A DNA stretch of 64,000 bases from Dehalococcoidia bacterium (GCA_030610855.1 JAUWQY010000004.1:9382-73381), one strand, 5' to 3'; numbered from the stretch's first letter, positions 53,598-62,592 are shown. The notes: generated from the sequence alone by a model not told the origin. Translations and numbers: made by a program.

Positions 53598-54602
53598 ATG
53601 CTCTACATTCTTCACGGTCAAGACGGGTTCTCCCTTAATCAAGCTCTGGAGAAAATCAAAGCCGGCCTGGGAGAAAGGGAGATGATAGCGGCTACCACCA
53701 CCAGCTTAGATGGCCGGAATCTCACATTGATTGAACTCAGAAACAGTTGCGACACCGTTCCCTTTCTATCCTCGCATCGCCTGGTCATAGTCGATGGCTT
53801 GCTGGCACGCTTTGAGCCAAAACAAAGTAGGCCACGATCCGGCAGACGTGTTACGAAATCCGGAGGCGGGCTGGGCGAGTGGGAAGACTTCGCTGATTAC
53901 ACCAGGCACATGCCGGCAACCGCTGTGCTGGTCCTGGTTGACGGGGAGGTGAAGGGACACAATCCTATGTTAAAGCAGCTCTCGCCCCTGGGTGAAGTGA
54001 GAGTTTTCCCCCTGTTGCGCGACAGGAACCTGAAGGCCTGGATACAGCAACGGGTGAAGGAAGAGGGCGGCCGCATCACTTCCCGTGCCGTGGATTTGCT
54101 CGCTGAGCTCATAGGTGGAGACTTGTGGGCGATGAGCGGTGAAATTCAGAAACTACTTCTTTATTGCCAGGAGCGACCTATCAGTGAAGATGATGTCGGA
54201 CAACTGACAAGTCATGTCCAGGAGGCTAGCATCTTTGCCCTGGTGGACGCGGTGGCTGAAGGGCGAACCGAGTTAGCTCAGCGGACGCTTCACCGGCTAT
54301 ATCGTGACGGTATGGCACCGACGCATATCCTGGTCATGATTACCAGGCAATTCCGCCTCATAGCCCAGGCCAAAGACCTGGAGCCGGGACTATCCCGCCT
54401 TCAGATTCAGGATAGGTTAGGGCTGAAATCAAGCTATCCCCTGGACAAAACGCTTCGTCAGGCCAGATTGTACGATCTCGAGGGCGTAAAACGGGCTTAC
54501 GGCAAGCTCCTGGAAACAGACTTAGCCATCAAAACCGGTAAATATAGCGATAAACTGGCCCTGGAGCTCCTGGTAACAGAACTCGCCTGCCCCGATTCGT
54601 GA
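53598..54602 (+). CDS. holA: DNA polymerase III delta subunit
   Basis: The protein is 334 aa, with MLYILHGQD, an N-terminal delta domain and a helical C-terminal domain (IFALVDAVAEGR...A...L..L). The call is moderately confident, by eye. Confidence 0.75.
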   Translation: MLYILHGQDGFSLNQALEKIKAGLGEREMIAATTTSLDGRNLTLIELRNSCDTVPFLSSHRLVIVDGLLARFEPKQSRPRSGRRVTKSGGGLGEWEDFADYTRHMPATAVLVLVDGEVKGHNPMLKQLSPLGEVRVFPLLRDRNLKAWIQQRVKEEGGRITSRAVDLLAELIGGDLWAMSGEIQKLLLYCQERPISEDDVGQLTSHVQEASIFALVDAVAEGRTELAQRTLHRLYRDGMAPTHILVMITRQFRLIAQAKDLEPGLSRLQIQDRLGLKSSYPLDKTLRQARLYDLEGVKRAYGKLLETDLAIKTGKYSDKLALELLVTELACPDS

Positions 54603-54624
54603 CCGATGGTCCTGAGTCCTGCCT

Positions 54625-54740
54625 GTCATCCTGAGTCCTTACTCTGAGACCCTACTACGTCATTCCTAGCGGACCGCGGCAATCTCTATCTCAGATAGCT
54701 ATCAGCCAGATTGCTTCGGGGCTTCGCCTCTCCCAGCGAC
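54625..54740. repeat. degenerate class-A-like repeats downstream of holA / panB paralogue
   Basis: GTCATCCTGAG and GTCATTCCTAGCGGACCGCGGCAATCTC...GATTGCTTCGGGGCTTCGCC are present. Similarity is partial. Confidence 0.45.
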
Positions 54741-54750
54741 AACTGCAAGA

Positions 54751-55632
54751 CTACTGCGGCGGGGCTTCCCTGAGCAGTGCCTGTAGCTTTTCGTGTTCGC
54801 CCTCAAGCATGCGGTAGCAGTGTTTTTCCTCGGGGAACGTCCCGGTCCTCACATCTTCGCTGAATGCGCGGAAGGCTTTCTCAATAGTCAGGCCCAGCTC
54901 GGCATACTTCTTGACAAACTTGGGAGTGAACGCCTCGAAGTAGCCCAGCATGTCGCCCACGATTAGCAGTTGACCGTCCGTGTGCACGCCGGCGCCGATG
55001 CCCAGCACCGGTATCCTGAGCATATCGGTGATGATTTTCCCCACCTCGGGAGGGACCGCCTCCACCAGCAGTGCGAAGCCGCCCGCCTTCTCGATGGCCA
55101 GGGCGTCCTTAGTCAGCTCCATTGCCGCCTCTGCGGTGCGCCCCTGCGCCCTGAAGCCCCCCAATTGACCGGAGCTCTGCGGGGTGAGGCCAATGTGTCC
55201 CATCACGGACATTCCGCCTTCGACTATTCCCTCAATCTGCTTGACGACCCGACGGCCCCCTTCCAGCTTAATGGCATCCACGCTCGCCTCTTTGAAGAAG
55301 CGGCCGGCGTTTTCGATGGCGCTCTCCCTCGAGACCTGGTAGGAAAGAAACGGCATATCGCCGATGACAAAGGTGTTGGGAGCCCCTCGCCTGACTATCT
55401 GGGAATGTTGAATCATCTGGTCCATGGTCATGGGCACCGTTCCGGGCAGGCCGTGCACCACCATAGCCGCGCTGTCACCTACCAGCACCATGTCCATGCC
55501 AGCCTTTTCACAAAAACTGGCCATGGGAAAATCGTATGCGGTGAGGAAGGTGATCTTCTCACCCTTCTTTTTCATCTCCATGAAGTCGAGGACGGTTTTC
55601 TTAGGCATCTGTTTCTCAGCCTCCTTCGTCAT
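54751..55632 (-). CDS. panB: 3-methyl-2-oxobutanoate hydroxymethyltransferase paralogue (PanB copy 1, outside the pan cluster)
   Basis: LTAYDF, LVGDSAAMV, IGDMPFLSY, IKLEGG and GHIGLTPQS are present. Its ATG overlaps the TGA of the upstream gene (ATGA at 55629-55632). Confidence 0.85.
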   Translation of the reverse strand: MTKEAEKQMPKKTVLDFMEMKKKGEKITFLTAYDFPMASFCEKAGMDMVLVGDSAAMVVHGLPGTVPMTMDQMIQHSQIVRRGAPNTFVIGDMPFLSYQVSRESAIENAGRFFKEASVDAIKLEGGRRVVKQIEGIVEGGMSVMGHIGLTPQSSGQLGGFRAQGRTAEAAMELTKDALAIEKAGGFALLVEAVPPEVGKIITDMLRIPVLGIGAGVHTDGQLLIVGDMLGYFEAFTPKFVKKYAELGLTIEKAFRAFSEDVRTGTFPEEKHCYRMLEGEHEKLQALLREAPPQ

Positions 55633-56564
55633 TTCGGCAATGGCACCCTGAGGTCTTCCACACCCTGCTTTGATACCTTGAGCCCGGGATGGACCTCTTC
55701 GATAAGCTCAATGATGTTCTTGGTGGAGCGGATCTTGTCTCTTGCCAGTTCTGCCAGCCCGTCTTCAGACGTGCCCCACGGCATGTACATCGCCAATCCC
55801 GGCCCGGGCTCCATCTTGAAGTAGCAGGGCGAGGTCACCCGGGCTATCTCCGGCGTTTCATAGATCCGGTTGTAGCCCCCCATGGAAGCCCAGAGCTGGA
55901 TGTGAATATCCAGCGGCATGTTCACCGCGCTCCGGATAGAGGCAAGCTGGGGAAGGGTGAGGTCAGCCACCGGGTTGCAGCTTCCTGCCCCCAGTGATTC
56001 CAGCAGCTTCACCCCCGCGGCGTTGGCGTGCCCGGCGAATATAGAGACTTTGAAGATGATATCCTGCGACAGGTCGCCGTTCTGCTTCATGGTGTTGAGC
56101 AGAGACAGCACGCCCTCGTCCCAGACGAGAAAACCACGGAAGCCAATGTCAATGCACCGCTCGACATCCATCAGGTAATGCTTGACCGTGTCCATGCCCC
56201 TCATCCTCAGCCCGGAAATCGCCCCCTCCGGGGTGGCAACTTGCCGGCCGGTATACCAGGTAGGCCTGGGTCCGGGAGTCATGATTACCTCCACCTGGTT
56301 ATCATGGGCTATTCGGGCGAATTCCTTGAGCTGTTCTCTGGTCAGCATGCAGGCCCCCCGCACCACCGAAATCGAGCGGTGAAACGGCACGCCCTGCTTC
56401 CTGGCCTCGTCAATGGCGGCCAACAGGACTTTAGGCGTCTCTATCCCGGAGATCTCCACTCGGTAGTGAGCGCCATCGGGGAATGTTTTCACAGAGGTAG
56501 GCAGATCGTAGCTATCTCTGCTGGGGAAGCCGGCCCTTTCCATGGCCTGTGCAATCTTATCCAT
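55629..56564 (-). CDS. hypothetical protein, alpha/beta (TIM-barrel-like) pattern, family unknown
   Basis: I recognised no diagnostic motif, only a faint resemblance to U32-type barrels. I prefer the ATG at 56564 with SD GGAG over the TTG at 56594. The gene is translationally coupled to the panB paralogue. Confidence 0.6.
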   Translation of the reverse strand: MDKIAQAMERAGFPSRDSYDLPTSVKTFPDGAHYRVEISGIETPKVLLAAIDEARKQGVPFHRSISVVRGACMLTREQLKEFARIAHDNQVEVIMTPGPRPTWYTGRQVATPEGAISGLRMRGMDTVKHYLMDVERCIDIGFRGFLVWDEGVLSLLNTMKQNGDLSQDIIFKVSIFAGHANAAGVKLLESLGAGSCNPVADLTLPQLASIRSAVNMPLDIHIQLWASMGGYNRIYETPEIARVTSPCYFKMEPGPGLAMYMPWGTSEDGLAELARDKIRSTKNIIELIEEVHPGLKVSKQGVEDLRVPLPK

Positions 56565-56682
56565 AGTTCTCCATCCCAAGATCTGAGCTAGCAAGTGAGG
56601 TACTAGCCTAGCTTCCTCGAACTCCGGGCCTATACTATATCACACCCCCTGCACTGTCAAGCGTTTCTTACCCTCACCTTGG

Positions 56683-56705
56683 TCCTCTCCCGTCGAGGGA
56701 GAGGA
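56683..56705. repeat. class-B hairpin repeat (TCCTCTCCC-gtcga-GGGAGAGGA)
   Basis: The stem is a perfect 9 bp and is preceded by CCCTCACC. It lies in the divergent promoter region of the activase fusion gene. Confidence 0.65.
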
Positions 56706-56757
56706 GATTGCCGCTTTTTCGAAAGCCCCCTTTTCTGCTATAATTCTGAACCGCGCA

Positions 56758-59700
56758 ATGGGTTACTATCTGGGCGTAGATATCGGCTCTGTCAATGCTA
56801 AGCTGGCACTCATAGATGAGAATGGCAGGGTCGTTCAGCTTGACACCGAGAAGATAAGCTCCGGCCCCAGAGCCGCAGTCAGTTCCGTTATCGCCCGACT
56901 GGGCGAGAGGCTCAGTCTTGATGATGTCATCGCTGCCGGCGTATCCGGTTCCGGCAGAGCGCTTATCCCCAAAGAGCTCGGCTGGACGCAATACAGCAGC
57001 TCGTTGGCGATCATTTCAGGGCTGCTCCACCATCATCCGGACGTTAAGACGATCATACAAATCGGCGGCCAGAGCACCCTGGTGATAGAGCTGGAAGATG
57101 GCGTGAGAAAGCCCTGGAGGGTGGAATCCAATCCGCTTTGCGCTGCCGGAACAGGAAGGTTTCTCGAGCAACAGGCATACAGGCTCGGCATCAGCATGGA
57201 CGACTTCGCCAGCCTGGCACTGAAGTGCCAGGGCACTCCACCCAGGATAGCCGCCCGCTGCAGCGTCTTTGCCAAGACCGACCTCATCCACCTCCAGCAA
57301 AAGGGGGCCCCGCTGGACGCCATGCTTTATGCACTGTGCGAAAGCGTGGCCCGGATGGTTACTTCTCTGAAGAAAGGAACTTTCCAAGAGCCGGTCTATT
57401 TTGTCGGCGGCGTTGCCGCCAATCCTGCTGTGGCCAAATCCCTAAGTGACATGATTTCAGCCAGGAACGAACATCCCGTTGAGGTGATCATCCCCGAAGA
57501 CTATCTTCATATGGAGTCCCTGGGTTCGGCATTGCTTTCCGTAGGAAAAACCTCCCAGGGCGTTATGCTGCCGGCAACGGACGTAAAGCAGAGCTATTTC
57601 GAGATGCCCGGGCTGGAGATTGTCGCCACCCGGGATAGCGAGGACGGCCGTAGGATAGAAGAGCAACGCATTGGCTACCTCGGGGTTGACGTGGGCTCCA
57701 CCAGCACCAAGGCTGTGATTATGGACGAATCAGGCACACGACTGCTGGCGAAGAACTACCTGATGACCGCGGGGAGGCCGATTGAGGCTGTCAGGCAGCT
57801 CTTCAGGAACTTGCTCAGAGACGGCGCAGACAAGGTCAAGATAGCCGGCGTCGGCGTTACCGGCTCGGGCAGATATCTGGTGGGCGGCTTCATCGGGGCA
57901 GACCTGATTAAGAACGAAATAACAGCACAGACCAGGGCTGCCGCCGATATGGACCCTGAAGCGGACATCATAGAGATTGGCGGGCAGGACTCCAAGCTGG
58001 TCATCAAGAGAAATGGCGTCGTCGTGGACTACCACATGAACAAAGCCTGTGCCGCAGGAACGGGAAGCTTCATTGATGAGCTGGCCGAGATGCTTGGCAT
58101 CTCCGTGACCAACGGCGAGTTTGCCGACCTGGCATTTGCTGCTCCACATACGATTGACCTGGGAACCAGGTGTGCTGCCTTCATGAGCCAGGCGGTGGCC
58201 TCGGCACAGCAGGAAGGTGTGCCCCTCGAGATAATCACCGCCAGCCTTGCTAGCTCCATAGCCAAGAACTATATCTCCAAGGTGGTGGAGCACAGAAAAC
58301 TGGGCGATAAAGTTATCCTGACCGGAGCGGTCTTCTACAACAAGGCCGTAGTCTCCGCCTTTCACCAGCAACTGGAAGGAAAAACGCTGACCGTGGCGGA
58401 ACACAAGGAGGTCAGCGGCGCCATAGGCGCAGCCCTCCTGGCCAAAGAGGCCATAGCCGGCCAGAAGTCGAAGTTTCATGGCTTTCAGGAGGCTGTAGAT
58501 AGGGAGTGTAAGCTTACTACGTTCGTGTGCAAGGGGTGCGACAACAACTGCACTATCACCCGCATGGAGATGCCCGGCGCAGAATCCAGTTACTACGGCA
58601 GCCGGTGCGATAAGTACGATGCCATAGCCAGCCATGCCAGGAGAGAGACGTTCTTCGATAAGCGAGAACAACTGCTCTTTCGGGAATACAAGAAGGATTC
58701 CGGCACCGGACCGGCGGTCGGAATCCCCAGAGCGCTGCTGGTATACGACCTGGCTCCGCTCATCATCGGATTCCTCAACGCGCTCGACGCCAGGGTTGTC
58801 CTTTCCAGTCAGACGACCAACGAGATCATGGAGCAAGCCATCGAGTTAAGCTACACCGATAGTTGTTTCCCTGTCAAGCTTCTCCATGGGCATGCAGCAA
58901 TGCTTAAGGATGCAGATTACATACTCTACCCCTGCGCTATTCGCCTGGGTAGCAAGGATGATGATGCAGACCAGAAATACTCGTGTCCTCTGGTCCAAGC
59001 CTCCCCGTTCATAATCCGCCAGGCAGTTGACCTGGGAGACCGCGTACTGATACCGATACTCGATTTCAGTCGGGGCAACGCCGATGTGATAAAGAACCTT
59101 GCCGATGTCGCTATCAAGATGGGGTTCAGCAGAAGGAAAGGCAAGGAAGCAGCCCTCGCCGCCCTAGAATCTCAGCGGAGATTCGAGACCGATCAGGCAG
59201 CGCTGGGCAAGGGATTATTGGAGCAACTACGCCAGAGCAGCCAGCTGGGCGTGGTTCTCTTCGCCAGGTCTTATATGTCTCAGGATGCCGGGGCAAATCT
59301 GGGCATAGCAGAAAAACTTGCCCAGCTCGGTGTCGTGCCAATACCGCTGGACTTCCTGCCCCTGGAGTCGGTCAATCCCAGGGACTACTCCGACCGCCCC
59401 TACTGGTTCTATGAGAGCAAGTTTATAGCCGGCGCTGCTATAACCGCCGCGGATCCTCAGCTTTATGGCTTGTGGCTGACAAACTTCGGATGCGGCCCCA
59501 ATTCCTTCATCGTTCACGTCGTAGAAGATATCATGGGGGGCAAGCCCCTGGGGCAGCTGGAGATAGACGAGCATGCCGCTGAGGCAGGTATCGTTACCCG
59601 CCTCGAAGCCTTCGTCGACACAATCACGGGGTTCACTCATGCCGCCGAGCCGCGCAAAGTCCGACCTCAGGATATCTATCGATGCGCGTCTACGGTCATT

Positions 59701-60912
59701 GATACGAAGAAGACCTTTATCATACCCAGGATGGCACCGCACATCGAGCTTGTGGGTGCCCTTCTCGAGGGCAGCGGCATGAGGGCGATTGTCCTTCCCG
59801 AGGCAGACGAACGCAATCTACTCTATGCCGACCGGGTGACATCGGGCGTGGAGTGCTTACCCTATCGCGTAACCCTGGGCGACTTCATGAGATTCGGCTA
59901 CGAGGATGGTGCCGACCTCAAGAACGTCGAGGCAGTCATGGCCGGGGCATACGGTCCCTGCCGCTTTGGAAAATATGCCCTGGAACAGCGGAGAATACTC
60001 AAGGAGGTGGGCATTGACATTCCCATTCGAACCACTGTGTCCAACAATGCCTATCGAGATACAGGCCTCAGCCCTCGTTTTGCCCGCCTGGCCTGGAAGG
60101 GGTGCGTCGCTATTGACTATCTGCAGAGGTTGCTCTGGCGCACCCGCCCCTATGAAAAGGGGCCGGGCTCGGCTGGCGAGCTGTTTGATGAATATGTCGG
60201 CAGAGTCGTAGGTCGCGTCCGCAAGAGAGAAAGTTTTGACGACGTCCTGCGCCAGGCAACTCCTGATTTCAAGGCTCTCATCGACCCTGAACTGCCCCGC
60301 AACCCGCTGGTGGGCATCAATGGCGAAATCTTCCTGCGCTCCAACAGATTCAGCAACCAGGACCTGGTCAGGGAGTGCGAAAAGGCAGGGCTGGAGGTCG
60401 TCGTTTCTCCCATGGGGGAATGGATGAAGTACATTTTCTACCGGCATGTTGAGGATGCTATCAGGGATCGAAAACTGCTGAAGGCGCTCATTAGCTACAT
60501 AATAAAGCGTGTCTGGGAGCATGACGACCACACGGTAGCCAGGCATTTCGCCGACCTGGTCGGAGTTGATGGGAGAGAACCATCAACGGAGGAGTTACTG
60601 GCGCAGACAAGCCCCTGGCTTTCGCCAAAATGCGGCAGTGAGGCAGTGCTCAGCATAGGTGCGGGAATCGAATGGATAAAGAATCCTAGATTCGCCGGTG
60701 TAATATCGGTAATGCCCCATGGCTGTATGCCCGGTGGCATTGTGGCTGCCATGTCGGAGAAGTTCAGTGCCCTGTATCATAAGCCCTGGATCAACCTCAC
60801 CTATGACGGCTTCGCGGAAAGTACCAACCTTACCAGGATCAACAACTTCGCCGAGGTAATCAGGTTTTGCAGACAGGAGCAAGACTCCTCTCCCCTGACG
60901 GGACACGATTAG
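56758..60912 (+). CDS. giant fusion: two BcrAD/BadFG (HgdC-like) activase ATPase domains plus DUF2229 / 2-hydroxyacyl-CoA-dehydratase-related domains
   Basis: The acetate/sugar-kinase fold occurs twice (YLGVDIGSVNAKLA and YLGVDVGSTSTKAV). Each copy has CAAGTG and RC..F cluster-ligand contexts. A Cys-rich linker (CKGCDNNCTITRM, GSRCDKYD) and a ~780-aa C-terminal region follow. Confidence 0.85.
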   Translation: MGYYLGVDIGSVNAKLALIDENGRVVQLDTEKISSGPRAAVSSVIARLGERLSLDDVIAAGVSGSGRALIPKELGWTQYSSSLAIISGLLHHHPDVKTIIQIGGQSTLVIELEDGVRKPWRVESNPLCAAGTGRFLEQQAYRLGISMDDFASLALKCQGTPPRIAARCSVFAKTDLIHLQQKGAPLDAMLYALCESVARMVTSLKKGTFQEPVYFVGGVAANPAVAKSLSDMISARNEHPVEVIIPEDYLHMESLGSALLSVGKTSQGVMLPATDVKQSYFEMPGLEIVATRDSEDGRRIEEQRIGYLGVDVGSTSTKAVIMDESGTRLLAKNYLMTAGRPIEAVRQLFRNLLRDGADKVKIAGVGVTGSGRYLVGGFIGADLIKNEITAQTRAAADMDPEADIIEIGGQDSKLVIKRNGVVVDYHMNKACAAGTGSFIDELAEMLGISVTNGEFADLAFAAPHTIDLGTRCAAFMSQAVASAQQEGVPLEIITASLASSIAKNYISKVVEHRKLGDKVILTGAVFYNKAVVSAFHQQLEGKTLTVAEHKEVSGAIGAALLAKEAIAGQKSKFHGFQEAVDRECKLTTFVCKGCDNNCTITRMEMPGAESSYYGSRCDKYDAIASHARRETFFDKREQLLFREYKKDSGTGPAVGIPRALLVYDLAPLIIGFLNALDARVVLSSQTTNEIMEQAIELSYTDSCFPVKLLHGHAAMLKDADYILYPCAIRLGSKDDDADQKYSCPLVQASPFIIRQAVDLGDRVLIPILDFSRGNADVIKNLADVAIKMGFSRRKGKEAALAALESQRRFETDQAALGKGLLEQLRQSSQLGVVLFARSYMSQDAGANLGIAEKLAQLGVVPIPLDFLPLESVNPRDYSDRPYWFYESKFIAGAAITAADPQLYGLWLTNFGCGPNSFIVHVVEDIMGGKPLGQLEIDEHAAEAGIVTRLEAFVDTITGFTHAAEPRKVRPQDIYRCASTVIDTKKTFIIPRMAPHIELVGALLEGSGMRAIVLPEADERNLLYADRVTSGVECLPYRVTLGDFMRFGYEDGADLKNVEAVMAGAYGPCRFGKYALEQRRILKEVGIDIPIRTTVSNNAYRDTGLSPRFARLAWKGCVAIDYLQRLLWRTRPYEKGPGSAGELFDEYVGRVVGRVRKRESFDDVLRQATPDFKALIDPELPRNPLVGINGEIFLRSNRFSNQDLVRECEKAGLEVVVSPMGEWMKYIFYRHVEDAIRDRKLLKALISYIIKRVWEHDDHTVARHFADLVGVDGREPSTEELLAQTSPWLSPKCGSEAVLSIGAGIEWIKNPRFAGVISVMPHGCMPGGIVAAMSEKFSALYHKPWINLTYDGFAESTNLTRINNFAEVIRFCRQEQDSSPLTGHD

Positions 60913-60955
60913 GGTGAGGGTGAAGACTCCTTCCCGCTGGCGAGGGATAAGCATG

Positions 60956-60984
60956 TTGACAAGGCAGCAGGGATTTACTATCAT
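60956..60984 (+). promoter_or_regulatory. sigma70-type promoter (TTGACA-N17-TATCAT) of the pantothenate cluster leader
   Basis: TTGACA lies at 60956-60961 and TATCAT at 60979-60984, 44 nt after the stop of the preceding gene. Confidence 0.6.
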
Positions 60985-60990
60985 GTAAGT

Positions 60991-61124
60991 TAGCCATCGA
61001 CCCTCGGGCGGTGAGCTGGAGACCCAGGTAGCTGAAAGTTCCGCTTGGATCGGCGATGACCGAGACGGACAAGAGGAGGTCCTTTTGTGACCCTCTCGGT
61101 TAGGCCGAGAGGGTTTTCTTGTTT
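60991..61124 (+). promoter_or_regulatory. ~134-nt structured 5' leader ending in an intrinsic terminator (candidate riboregulator / pan-motif-like element)
   Basis: The leader lies between the promoter and the first gene of the DUF2520-panD-panB-panC cluster. The sequence gaccctcgg (61001-61009) resembles the 5' arm of the terminator, so an alternative pairing with the 3' arm is possible. Confidence 0.45.
61090..61124 (+). terminator. intrinsic terminator within the pan leader
   Basis: A 10-bp stem (ACCCTCTCGG-ttagg-CCGAGAGGGT) is followed by TTTCTTGTTT, 33 nt before the ATG at 61157. Confidence 0.7.
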
Positions 61125-61156
61125 ATGGTTATGTTGGGCGCTATAGACGTGAGCAG

Positions 61157-62200
61157 ATGTTAAAGACAGGCTTTATTGGTGCTGGAACGACGGGCACTGC
61201 CCTGACCGTAAGGCTTTCTCAGAAGAAATGGCCTGTAGTGGCTGTGTTCAGTCGGACCTTGTCCTCGGCACAAAAACTGGCCCGGCTGGTGCCGGATTGC
61301 CAGATTTGCGACACAGCCCAGGAGCTAGTCGATATTGCTGATCTGGTCTTCATCACCACCCCCGATGATGTTATAGCCCAAGTATGCCATGAAGTTCAGT
61401 GGCGTGGAGGTCAGAGCGTGGTGCATTGCAGTGGGGCTCATTCGGTGGATATTCTGGAACCGGCAAGAGAGCGTGGAGCGGCTGTTGGTTCGTTTCACCC
61501 GTTGCAGACCTTTGCCAATGTTGACCAGGCTACACAGAATCTGCCAGGTTCCACTTTTGCCCTGGAAGCCGAAGAGCCGCTGTTATCGACACTGAAGCAG
61601 TTGACTATTCTCTTGCATGGCACCTGGGTGAAGCTTAAGCCAGGGGACAAGGTGCTGTATCACGCGGCAGCCGTTTTCGCCTGCAATTATGTGGTAACCC
61701 TGGTCAAGTTGGCTCTCGACCTGTGGCAGGATTTCGGAGTGTCGCCGAAGGAGGCGACCAGGGCATTGCTGCCCTTGCTACAAGGGACGGTAAACAATAT
61801 CGGCAATATCGGGTTACCCGGGTGTCTTACCGGTCCTGTTGCTCGAGGGGATCTCGACACCATAGAGAGACACTTGGACGCCCTGCAGGCCAAAGACCCT
61901 TCTTTCCTCACTATCTATAAGGAACTGGGACTTCAGACCATTCCTATTGCCCTGACCAAAGGCAAGATCGACAAACAGAGGGCAGACGAGATGACGGCGC
62001 TGCTTGGTAACCGTGAGTTTTCCGCTCGTTGTCATTCTGAGCGAGCAGACCGACCGAACAATCTCACTCAGGGCACACTTCGGCAAGCGCCCAAAGGCCG
62101 CCAAGATTCTTCGCCCCGACAAATCGGGGCTCGGAATGACAGAAGGGGAGTCAGGACGACAGAAAAGGAGATAGGCAATGAGAACTATGCTGAAAAGTAA
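61157..62200 (+). CDS. Rossmann-fold oxidoreductase, DUF2520 family (candidate ketopantoate reductase) with repeat-encoded C-terminal tail
   Basis: [12 protein letters not shown] is at the N-terminus and PVARGD at the C-terminus. It is first in the cluster with panD, panB and panC. The last ~60 codons run through a class-A palindromic repeat and overlap panD by 23 nt. Confidence 0.75.
   Translation: MLKTGFIGAGTTGTALTVRLSQKKWPVVAVFSRTLSSAQKLARLVPDCQICDTAQELVDIADLVFITTPDDVIAQVCHEVQWRGGQSVVHCSGAHSVDILEPARERGAAVGSFHPLQTFANVDQATQNLPGSTFALEAEEPLLSTLKQLTILLHGTWVKLKPGDKVLYHAAAVFACNYVVTLVKLALDLWQDFGVSPKEATRALLPLLQGTVNNIGNIGLPGCLTGPVARGDLDTIERHLDALQAKDPSFLTIYKELGLQTIPIALTKGKIDKQRADEMTALLGNREFSARCHSERADRPNNLTQGTLRQAPKGRQDSSPRQIGARNDRRGVRTTEKEIGNENYAEK
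62041..62150. repeat. class-A palindromic repeat inside the 3' end of the DUF2520 ORF
   Basis: The sequence reads GTCATTCTGAGCGAG...GATTCTTCGCCCCGACAAATCGGGGCTCGGAATGAC. Confidence 0.75.
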
Positions 62201-62537
62201 GATCCACCGGGCCGCAGTTACTCAGGTCGATTTAGATTACGAGGGCAGTATCACTATTGACAGGTGCCTCATGGAGGCCAGCAACATCTTACCCTTCGAA
62301 CAGGTGGACGTGCTGAACATAAATAACGGAGCCAGGTTCAGCACCTATGCTATCGAAGGTGAGGCAAATTCGGGGATTATTGGTATCAATGGCGCTGCCG
62401 CCAGACTGGCGATAAGAGGAGACATGGTCATCATCGTTTCCTACTGCAGTGTTCCCGATGATGAAGCGGTTACCATGAAGCCGACCATAGTACGTGTCGA
62501 TAGTCAGAACAGAATCCTCTCCCCAGCCTGTTCATAA
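62178..62537 (+). CDS. panD: aspartate 1-decarboxylase (pyruvoyl-dependent)
   Basis: [12 protein letters not shown] and the self-processing Gly-Ser site in [10 protein letters not shown] are present. An SD (AAGGAG) lies upstream. Confidence 0.93.
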   Translation: MRTMLKSKIHRAAVTQVDLDYEGSITIDRCLMEASNILPFEQVDVLNINNGARFSTYAIEGEANSGIIGINGAAARLAIRGDMVIIVSYCSVPDDEAVTMKPTIVRVDSQNRILSPACS

Positions 62538-62592
62538 TTCTGAATCTGAGTAAAATGCGCCGATGAATTCGATAACCACAAAGAGCCTGGCT

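Noticed and set aside
54970-55824. 284-aa plus-strand ORF, together with 56028-56591
   Set aside because: These lie antisense to the PanB paralogue and its coupled upstream gene. Their composition is dominated by His/Arg/Gly/Pro, as expected for reverse-frame translation.
57730-58836. 368-aa minus-strand ORF, together with 57016-57387, 59227-59742, 59857-60546 and 60595-60984
   Set aside because: All lie antisense inside the 1384-aa activase fusion gene. That gene's frame carries clear ATPase motifs. The antisense ORFs have no motifs or ribosome-binding sites.
61087-61146. 19-codon ORF (GTG start after AGGAGG) spanning the pan-leader terminator
   Set aside because: It could be a leader peptide, but it contains no run of regulatory codons and is encoded by the terminator stem itself. 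I kept it only as a note within the leader finding.
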